DNA of 32,000 nt from contig CP126532.1 of the NCBI GenBank assembly GCA_030167145.1, positions 3,300,001 to 3,332,000 on the forward strand. The letters run 5' to 3'. Position 1 is the stretch's first letter. Each line of letters begins with the position of its first letter. Below the pieces are notes generated by a model. It was not told the DNA's origin, did not search any database, and was given only the letters and a program-made list of their open reading frames with translations. The DNA comes from Ktedonobacterales bacterium (lineage in GTDB: Bacteria > Chloroflexota > Ktedonobacteria > Ktedonobacterales > JADMIN01). Of this stretch, positions 25,195 through 32,000 are shown piece by piece. The position numbers and the translations under genes are program-made.

Positions 25195-25361
25195 CAATTC
25201 AGGCGGGGCTACCCGCCGCCCGGCAGACCTGAGATAGGCAAAGCCGCCTGCCGCGATGTGACGCGATGCGCGGGCGGCTCACCAGCCGGGCTGGTGAACC
25301 AATGGCGTCCTTCAGGGGAGCGGTACATCGCTTCCCTGAAGTGGAAGGTGAAGCGAACGCG

Positions 25362-26255
25362 ATGGAAGTCATTAAAGTAACGCCTCGCGGCTACTGCTAC
25401 GGGGTCGTGGATGCGATGGATATTGCCAGAAAAGCGGCCCAAAACCCCAGTTTGCCGCGTCCCATCTATATCATTGGCCTGATCGTCCACAACCGTTTCG
25501 CTGTAGAAGAGCTAACCCGTCTCGGCGTCACCACGCTCGATGGCGCTGATCGCGCTGAGATTCTCGAACAGGTCAAGGAAGGCACCGTCATTTTCACGGC
25601 GCACGGCGTCTCGCCACAAGTCAAGCAACGCGCCGCCGAGCGCGGCCTGCATATACTCGATGCCACCTGCCCCGACGTCACCAAGACCCACGATCTGGTG
25701 ACACGGCTCGCCGCCCAGGGCTATCACATCCTCTACATTGGCAAGAAAGGCCACCCAGAGCCAGAAGGCGTGATTGGCGAAGCGCCCGACGCCGTGTACC
25801 TGGTGGAGACCGAGGCGGATCTCGACACGCTCCCCGATTCGCTGCGCGATGCCTCGCGTCTGGCCGTTTCCACGCAGACCACGCTCAGTCAATGGGATAC
25901 CGCCGCGCTGATCGAAGCCATTCGCCAGCGATACCCACAGGTCGAGGTCTACAACGAAATCTGCCTCGCCACCCAACTGCGGCAGCAGGCTGTCGCGCGG
26001 ATGGCGGTGGGCGCAGACCTCACCATCGTCGTGGGTGATCCCCGCAGTAACAACACCAACCGTCTCGTGCAGGTCGCCGAAGAGCTGGCGCACAGCCCAG
26101 CCATCCGCGTTGAGCGGCTCGAAGATCTCTCGCCAGAGATGTTGGTGGGCAAAAAGCGGGTGGCCATCACCGCCGGCGCCTCCACTCCCAGCCAGCTCAC
26201 CCGCGAAGTCATTCGCTATGTGGAGAACTTTGGCCTGGAGCCACAGCTTGTCTAG
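25362..26255 (+). CDS. ispH: 4-hydroxy-3-methylbut-2-enyl diphosphate reductase
   Basis: ATG at 25362 follows GGAAGGTG. MEVIKVTPRGYCYGVVDAM, TAHGVSP, DATCPDVTK, NEICLATQ and GDPRSNNTNRL hold the three Fe-S Cys and the conserved His/Glu context of IspH/LytB. The track start at 25266 is rejected. Confidence 0.92.
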   Translation: MEVIKVTPRGYCYGVVDAMDIARKAAQNPSLPRPIYIIGLIVHNRFAVEELTRLGVTTLDGADRAEILEQVKEGTVIFTAHGVSPQVKQRAAERGLHILDATCPDVTKTHDLVTRLAAQGYHILYIGKKGHPEPEGVIGEAPDAVYLVETEADLDTLPDSLRDASRLAVSTQTTLSQWDTAALIEAIRQRYPQVEVYNEICLATQLRQQAVARMAVGADLTIVVGDPRSNNTNRLVQVAEELAHSPAIRVERLEDLSPEMLVGKKRVAITAGASTPSQLTREVIRYVENFGLEPQLV

Positions 26256-26407
26256 GCGCTGCCCTTCAACTCATGGCCCGCTGTGTGTGCCATCTTCCGC
26301 TCTCCCCGCGCGTTCCTCTGAGATGCGGACCACACACGTCCACTGGCGCTAGGCCACAACGCTACCAAACGCTCAATTATGGGGTACGTCCATTGGAGGA
26401 TAGGAGG

Positions 26408-26485
26408 ATGCGCGGAGCAGTACACCGCTCATGGGAACCGCTGTTCAGAACTACCACACAGGGTAGCCGGTCCATCACGGTGTAG
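26408..26485 (+). CDS. Candidate 25-codon upstream small ORF (speculative)
   Basis: ATG at 26408 is preceded by a tandem SD, GGAGGATAGGAGG (26395-26407). Encodes MRGAVHRSWEPLFRTTTQGSRSITV and ends 33 nt before the 764-aa gene. There is no other support. Confidence 0.2.
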   Translation: MRGAVHRSWEPLFRTTTQGSRSITV

Positions 26486-26518
26486 ACATCCTGCCACGCG
26501 CGCCTCGGAGGTTGTCGA

Positions 26519-28813
26519 ATGAAGAGCTTGAGTGCGATCCTCGCGGGAGAGTCCTTGGCGTCGCTGCGCGCCCTCGCCGTCTGGTGGGGCGCCGACCAGC
26601 CCGAACACGCTGACAGCGAGGCGCGACAGCGCCTTGAGCGCGCGATGCGCGACACCACCGCCGCGCGCTTCGTCTGGGAACATCTCACCGCGGATGAACG
26701 GCGCGTGCTTTTCGCGATTGTCGGCCCATCGGCCCGCAATTGGTGCCCCATCGAGAGCCTGGGCGAACGTGCCCAGCTCGATCAGCCGCTCGCCGAGCGC
26801 CTATTCACCCGGCTTGCCGAGCGGCGGCTGGTCTTCACCGAAAGCGCGAAGGTCCAGGGCAACGAGTTGGTCGGCCAGCGGGCCACCTTCTACGGCTATG
26901 CCATCCCGCGCAATCCGCAGGCGCCCATCGAAGAAAAGCCCATCGCCTATGTGCCCACCGAGCTGGCGACCGCCCTCTATACCACGGGGCGCGAATACTT
27001 CGTGCCGATAGCCGACCGCTCAGATAAATCGCTCGATGAACTGCTGATGCCCTATCGCCAGGGCGACCTCGACCAGATTGGCCGCCGCTTTGGGCTGACC
27101 TTGCAAGCCTACTATTCGCGCAACGAAGTGCGCGCGGCCATCGCCGAGAATCTGGCGCAGGCCGAGGCGGTGCGCTATGCGCTCACCCAACTCGATACAC
27201 GCGCCCGCACAGCGTATGAGGCGGTCTACGAGCGCGATGGTCGCTTGCCCGCCGCCGATCTGCGCCAGCGGCTGCGTGTGGACGGGCCAGCGCTCGCCAG
27301 TGTCTTGCATACCCTCGAAGATTACGCCCTTGCCTTCGATACCTTCAGCGAAGGCCAGCGCATCATCTTCATCCCCAAAGAGACGCTCGCCAACCTGCGC
27401 CGCGCCGATGCGCACCGGCAAACCGTGAGCGGTCTGCGCGAGCGCGAAGAACCCACGGCTATCCAGCCCGCCGATACCACATTCCTCTGGGATCTGGCGT
27501 CCATGGTCTCCGTGGCGCACCACCAGGAGATCGAACTGACTCGCTCCGGCCCGCTGCCCAAACGCGCGGCGCAGCGGGTGCTTTCGGGGCTGGTGGGCGC
27601 ACGTGCGCGGCTCGACGATGAGGTCTCGCTCGGCTATGTCGAACTGCTCAAGCAGGAGGCGGTGGAACTTGGGCTGGTGGTCGCCCCGCCTTCCACCGCG
27701 AAGACACGCGGCAAGCTCGCCCCTGGCCCCAAGCTGGACTCCTGGGGGCGGCACGACCTGGTGATGCAGGCGCGGCGGCTCTTCCGCCGCTGGCCCGCCG
27801 ACCGCTGGTGGACCGATCTGCCAGGCGCGCAGTATCAGGAGTGGATGACCTTTTATCTGGAACTGCCCGTCGCCCGTGAGGCGGTGCGAAAGCTGCTAGT
27901 GGAGTGTGAGCCAGGCGTCTGGTATACGATGGCGTCGTTCCTGGCGACCCTGCAAGGCGACAACCCCTACGTCTTGCGCCCCAACCAGCGCTACATGGGC
28001 GAGGCGGGTTTCAAGCTCGCGGACGACCTGCGCCAGCAATGGGAGCGCACCGACGGCGAAATCATCGTCGGCATGTTCCGCTCGACCCTCTACGAGTTGG
28101 GCATGGTAGCGCTGGGCTATGACCGCGAAACGGTGCCATCGCTCGCCGCCAAAGTCAATCCCGACGCCTTCATGCTCACCGACCTCGGCGCGGAGGTGCT
28201 GCGCAGCGAGCTGAGCGCCAGCCAGCAGCCCTCATCAAAGGCGCTGGTGGTGCAGCCCAACTTCCAGGTGCTGCTGATGGAGCCGTACATGCCCGCGCTC
28301 TACTGGCTCGTCCGCACTGCCGCGCTGGATCAGGTGGGTCGGGTCAGCCGGTTCACCTTGACGCGCGAGACGCTTGGCCACGCGCTGCAAGCGGGCACGA
28401 CGATTGATGATGTGCTGGCCTTCTTGGAGCGCCACAGCCAGAAGGCGCTGCCGCAGAACGTCGTCTACACCCTGCGCGACTGGGCACGCCAGGCGCAAGA
28501 AGCCGCCGTCCTGGCCCCCGCGCAGCCGCGACTGCTCGAAGCGCGCAATGCCGCGCTGGCCAAAGAGATCGTCGCCGCGCCCACGCTTACGGCGTTCCGG
28601 CTCAGCCGCGTGGGGCCGCGTTCGGTCGCCGTGCCGCCGGAGACCAGCCTGCGCGACCTCTGGCATGCGTTGCAGCGCCTGGGCTATGACAAAGTGCTCA
28701 GCGGACTGGAAGATCTGGTCGCCGCCGCCACCGGCATCAAGCGCCGCCGTGGTGGCCGACGCGCCAGCCCGGTCGGCGCGGCGATTGGCGCTCCCACTGC
28801 CAGGGGCGCATAA
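26519..28813 (+). CDS. Large helicase-associated-domain-like protein (PF13625/XPB-N-terminal-like C-terminal region), function unknown
   Basis: ATG lies 8 nt after GGAGG. 764 aa. The C-terminal part (LVVQPNFQVLLMEP, FTLTRETLGHALQAGTTIDDVLAFLERHSQKALPQNVVYTLRDWARQ) resembles the domain found next to or in front of XPB/Ercc3-type helicases. The tail is Arg/Gly-rich. Confidence 0.6.
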   Translation: MKSLSAILAGESLASLRALAVWWGADQPEHADSEARQRLERAMRDTTAARFVWEHLTADERRVLFAIVGPSARNWCPIESLGERAQLDQPLAERLFTRLAERRLVFTESAKVQGNELVGQRATFYGYAIPRNPQAPIEEKPIAYVPTELATALYTTGREYFVPIADRSDKSLDELLMPYRQGDLDQIGRRFGLTLQAYYSRNEVRAAIAENLAQAEAVRYALTQLDTRARTAYEAVYERDGRLPAADLRQRLRVDGPALASVLHTLEDYALAFDTFSEGQRIIFIPKETLANLRRADAHRQTVSGLREREEPTAIQPADTTFLWDLASMVSVAHHQEIELTRSGPLPKRAAQRVLSGLVGARARLDDEVSLGYVELLKQEAVELGLVVAPPSTAKTRGKLAPGPKLDSWGRHDLVMQARRLFRRWPADRWWTDLPGAQYQEWMTFYLELPVAREAVRKLLVECEPGVWYTMASFLATLQGDNPYVLRPNQRYMGEAGFKLADDLRQQWERTDGEIIVGMFRSTLYELGMVALGYDRETVPSLAAKVNPDAFMLTDLGAEVLRSELSASQQPSSKALVVQPNFQVLLMEPYMPALYWLVRTAALDQVGRVSRFTLTRETLGHALQAGTTIDDVLAFLERHSQKALPQNVVYTLRDWARQAQEAAVLAPAQPRLLEARNAALAKEIVAAPTLTAFRLSRVGPRSVAVPPETSLRDLWHALQRLGYDKVLSGLEDLVAAATGIKRRRGGRRASPVGAAIGAPTARGA

Positions 28814-28872
28814 TCGCCAACTGGCAGCGTCTCGCCGGTGCCTGGTAGGGGCGTCCGGCGGACGCCCACCCG

Positions 28873-29304
28873 TTACGCTGCCCCGCGCGACCGCGCCCAG
28901 AGGCGGCGCAGCAGCGGCCACGCCAGCCCTGCCAGCGCGATCACGCCGAAGCCCATCGCCAGCACGTGATAGGTGGTGAGTGGCCCGACGGGTGTGTCCA
29001 CGCAGGTGTAGTAGCTCATGCTGGTCTGGGATGACGTGCTGGTGCTGACGCCGCTGCTGTAGCCGCTATTGGTCATACAGGCCCAGGGCGCGCTGAACAC
29101 ATCCCACAGCAGGATCAGCGCGGGCAGGCCGCCGAAGCCCACCAGCAGCGCCCACAGCCCGCGCCCCCACCGCCGCACCGCGCCGAAGACGATCATCCCC
29201 AGGCCAAGCGCGATGAACGGCAGCCCAATGCTCAGAATACCGATGAAGCCGAAGCCGAGCGCCGCGCCGGTCAATAGCCAGTAGCCCGCGTACCCTCTGG
29301 ACAT
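28873..29304 (-). CDS. Hypothetical membrane protein (143 aa, about 4 TM, Ser/Thr-rich loop with two Cys)
   Basis: SD GGGAGGTG lies before the ATG. Hydrophobic helices flank the loop WACMTNSGYSSGVSTSTSSQTSMSYYTCVD. Confidence 0.55.
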   Translation of the reverse strand: MSRGYAGYWLLTGAALGFGFIGILSIGLPFIALGLGMIVFGAVRRWGRGLWALLVGFGGLPALILLWDVFSAPWACMTNSGYSSGVSTSTSSQTSMSYYTCVDTPVGPLTTYHVLAMGFGVIALAGLAWPLLRRLWARSRGAA

Positions 29305-29425
29305 ATCCCACCTCCCTCAGCATCCGTCACCAGATAGCAACTTCTGTCCAAAGGATACCCACCGCACGCGCAGCGCGCATACGGTGTGCGCCTGATTGTT
29401 GCGCTCCGGTCACCTGATATTTCGG

Positions 29426-31702
29426 TCAGGCCCCGCTAGCGCTTCCGCCCGTCGTGGCGACTGGCTCGCGCTCCGCCGTGCGCACTGGCGTCAGCTCGAC
29501 GATGGCGTTGTAGTCCGGTACGCCCGCTTGCACGTCGCAGACACGCCGCCGGATCAGCGGATTGCACTCCGGCCAGAACGCCTGGACGTTGCGCGGCCTG
29601 ATTGCCGCGATATGCGCGTGGAACTCCATGCTCGCGCCGTTATCGCTGGTTGCCAGCACGCGGTCGCCCTCGCTCAGCCCCAGCTTCGCTGCGTCCTCGG
29701 CGGAGAGGAAGAGCGCGTCGCGGCCCGTGCCGGTGTTGGGGTCGCGCTTCTTGTGGATCATGCTGTTGAACTGCTTGCCACGGCGGGTGGAGAGCGCGAA
29801 CTTGCCTTCGGGCAGGTGTAGTTCAGGCGGGGTGAGCGCGCTGAAGTGGCCCTTGCTGTCGGGCGTCTTGAACTGGCCGTCGCGGTAGAGGATGCGCCCG
29901 CCGTACTGCACCTGATCGCCGGCCTTCTTCAGCCGCTCGATGCCCGCATAGCCGGGGTGGACGCGGGCAATCTCTTCACGGATGGCCTTCGCGTTCTTGA
30001 AGATGATCTGGTCGCGCTGTTCTGGGCGCACCCGCGCGGCCAGATCTTGGAAGATCTCCCACTCGGAACGCGCCTCGCCGATGCGCGGGCCGGGGATCTC
30101 CGGGCTGAAGATGATGCGCCGCTCGGTGCTGGTCTCGGTGCCGCCGCCGCGCTGCTCGTAACGGGTCTGCGCGGGCAGTAGCACGACGGTATCCGCCGGG
30201 TCCACCAGCATTTGCGAGGTGACGTAGATGTCCTGGTGGACGCGCAGTGGCAGCCGGTCCAGCGCCTGGCGCACGTAGTCGGGATCGGGCAGCACTTCGA
30301 GGAAGTTGCCGCCACTGGAGTAGAGGATGTCGAGCTGGCCATCATAGGCGGCGTCAATCATCTCCACGGCCCGCAGCCCCTTCCAGTCGGGCACGTCGAA
30401 GCCCCAGTGCTCGCGGAACGTCGCCGCGTTCTCGGCATTGACCGAAGCGCCGCCGGGGAAGGCATCGGGAACCGCGCCAACCTCCGCGCCGCCCTGCACG
30501 CCGCTGTGGCCGCGAATCGGCACCACGCCGCAGTGCTCTTTGCCGAGCCAACCCTGCGAGAGCGCCAGATTGACGATGGCCTTCACGTTGTCTACGCCGA
30601 ATTCATGCTGGGTGATGCCCATGCTCCACACCAGGATGCCGGTCCGCGCGTTGTGGATCATCTCGGCGAAGCGCACCATATCCGCGCGGGTCGAGCCGCT
30701 AAAGCGTTCCAGCGTCTCCCAGTCCTGCGCGGCCAGCGTCGCCGCCAGCGCATCCCAGCCGGTGGTGTGCTGTGCGATGAAGTCGTGGTCTACCCAATCC
30801 TGCTCGATGAGATACTTCTGCACGCCGTTGAGGAAGGCGATGTCGCCGCCGGTGCCGACCTGATAAAAGTGGTCCATCAGCTTGGTGCCCATCAGCGCGC
30901 TCTCTGGCGAGGAGGGCACCCAATACTTCACCATCCCCGGCTCCTTATAGGGATTGACGACGGCGATCTGCGTGCCTTCCTTCTTGGCGAGGTAGAGGTA
31001 CTTGGTGGAGACGGGCTGATTGTTGGCGATGTCGCTGCCGAAGAAGACCATCAGGTCCGTGCCGATCCAGTCACTATACGAGACCGACGAGGCGCCAACG
31101 CCAACGGTCTGCTTGAGGGCGACGGAACTCGGCGAGTGGCAGACGCGGGCGGCGTTGTCTATATGGTTGGTGCCGATGTAGCGCGCGGCTTTCTGCGCGA
31201 CATAGTAGACCTCGTTGGTGAGGCCGCGCGAAGTGAGGTAGAAGGCGGTGCGCTCTGGCGGCGTCTGGCGCATGCGGTCGGCGATCAGGTTCAGCGCGTC
31301 ATCCCACGAGACGCGCGTGAAGTTCGCCTCGCCCCTGCGCCGCACCATGGGATAGGGCAGGCGTCCCAGGTTGCGCAGCTCCGCGCTGGACATCTCGCGC
31401 AGGATGCCGACATCGGTGGTGAGCCGCTGCCAGGGCATGGCCTCCATGGTGTTGAGTTTCAGCAGGTTCAGGCGAATCGTGCAGAGGTGGATGCTGTCAA
31501 TGGTCCAGTCGCGCATGCCGGTGGTGCCCAGCGCGCAGCCGTCGCAGACGCCGCGATTGAGGATGCGCCAGGCGTAGAGCGGGTGGCGGCGGTTCTCCCA
31601 GACGGTATTGAAGATTTCGGTGAAGTGATGCGGCTTGGTTTCGCCGATGCCGAAGGGCTTCCAGCCTGCCCAGAGTCCGGGGGCGATCAATCGCTTAGCC
31701 AT
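29426..31702 (-). CDS. FdhF/YdeP-family molybdopterin oxidoreductase
   Basis: ATG at 31702 follows GGAAGGTGG. The N-terminus MAKRLIAPGLWAGWKPFGIGETKPHHF..RGVCDGCALGTTG is typical of YdeP-like enzymes. A long molybdopterin oxidoreductase core and a C-terminal molydop-binding domain follow. Confidence 0.9.
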   Translation of the reverse strand: MAKRLIAPGLWAGWKPFGIGETKPHHFTEIFNTVWENRRHPLYAWRILNRGVCDGCALGTTGMRDWTIDSIHLCTIRLNLLKLNTMEAMPWQRLTTDVGILREMSSAELRNLGRLPYPMVRRRGEANFTRVSWDDALNLIADRMRQTPPERTAFYLTSRGLTNEVYYVAQKAARYIGTNHIDNAARVCHSPSSVALKQTVGVGASSVSYSDWIGTDLMVFFGSDIANNQPVSTKYLYLAKKEGTQIAVVNPYKEPGMVKYWVPSSPESALMGTKLMDHFYQVGTGGDIAFLNGVQKYLIEQDWVDHDFIAQHTTGWDALAATLAAQDWETLERFSGSTRADMVRFAEMIHNARTGILVWSMGITQHEFGVDNVKAIVNLALSQGWLGKEHCGVVPIRGHSGVQGGAEVGAVPDAFPGGASVNAENAATFREHWGFDVPDWKGLRAVEMIDAAYDGQLDILYSSGGNFLEVLPDPDYVRQALDRLPLRVHQDIYVTSQMLVDPADTVVLLPAQTRYEQRGGGTETSTERRIIFSPEIPGPRIGEARSEWEIFQDLAARVRPEQRDQIIFKNAKAIREEIARVHPGYAGIERLKKAGDQVQYGGRILYRDGQFKTPDSKGHFSALTPPELHLPEGKFALSTRRGKQFNSMIHKKRDPNTGTGRDALFLSAEDAAKLGLSEGDRVLATSDNGASMEFHAHIAAIRPRNVQAFWPECNPLIRRRVCDVQAGVPDYNAIVELTPVRTAEREPVATTGGSASGA

Positions 31703-31744
31703 GAGAGAGCCACCTTCCGCGAACGCACTGCGGACACACGCGCA

Positions 31745-31791
31745 GACCGCCATTGTCTGCTATGTCCCCTATTGTACCGCCATTGTACCGC
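31745..31791. repeat. Direct repeats in the YdeP-family gene upstream region (ATTGTACCGCC in tandem; ACCGCCATTGT twice)
   Basis: ATTGTACCGCC at 31770-31780 is followed by ATTGTACCGCA at 31781-31791. ACCGCCATTGT occurs at 31745-31755 and 31775-31785. On the minus strand these read GGTACAAT twice, 11 bp apart. Confidence 0.7.
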
Positions 31792-32000
31792 ATCGTGACG
31801 TATTGATGAACACCGCTGGGCGGCAGGCATCTCCCCCAGAAGCGCCATGCCGGACGCCAGCGGACACGAATTTGCTATAATTCCCTCTTGTGTGCCCGCG
31901 TGCTGTGATAAAGGAAGGGTACACCAGCCAGTGGCGTGGAGTTCTGAGGAGATGAGTAGCGCATGATGTTGGAGCAGCGCGAGCGGGAGGAAACGGGGGA

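Noticed and set aside
31963-32000. Possible start of a plus-strand CDS (ATGATGTTGGAGCAGCGC...) running off the window.
   Set aside because: Only 12 codons are visible. GAGGAG (31946-31951) sits 11-14 nt upstream, which is longer than optimal. There is too little sequence to support a call.

Overview
High-GC (roughly 63-65% by eye) bacterial chromosomal window, densely coding on both strands. Protein content suggests a Terrabacteria lineage, possibly Chloroflexota; this is inference only, since no search was possible. Many long ORFs in the six-frame track are antisense or alternate-frame shadows typical of high-GC DNA, so they were not called. Left to right, the supported content is:
- a truncated tRNA 3' end and obg
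- a RelE-like type II TA cassette bracketed by a perfect 20-bp direct repeat
- a GNAT, an orphan CheY-like receiver, and a divergent Lrp/AsnC-aminotransferase pair
- a BON-domain protein
- a large copper-handling neighbourhood (6.4-14.2 kb): a CopC-CopD-YtkA fusion, an SCO-like protein, two caa3-type CtaG-like paralogs, a BNR propeller lipoprotein and a YVTN propeller
- a vapBC module in a lower-GC islet and a PF03640-like lipoprotein
- a second copper-linked unit (17.2-20.4 kb): a YtkA-like membrane protein, an intramembrane-type HisKA_3 kinase, a NarL-type regulator and CopC
- a GNAT, an MBL hydrolase, a membrane-anchored PD40-like propeller and an amidohydrolase
- an unusually long structured non-coding region with a small acidic ORF upstream of ispH
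- a large helicase-associated-domain-like protein with no helicase partner
- a small membrane protein and an FdhF/YdeP-type molybdopterin oxidoreductase
I saw no rRNA, CRISPR array, transposase or integrase. The most system-like candidates for novelty are the two copper-linked gene sets and the structured repeat element inside the first. All family assignments rest on motif recognition by eye and need HMM or BLAST confirmation.
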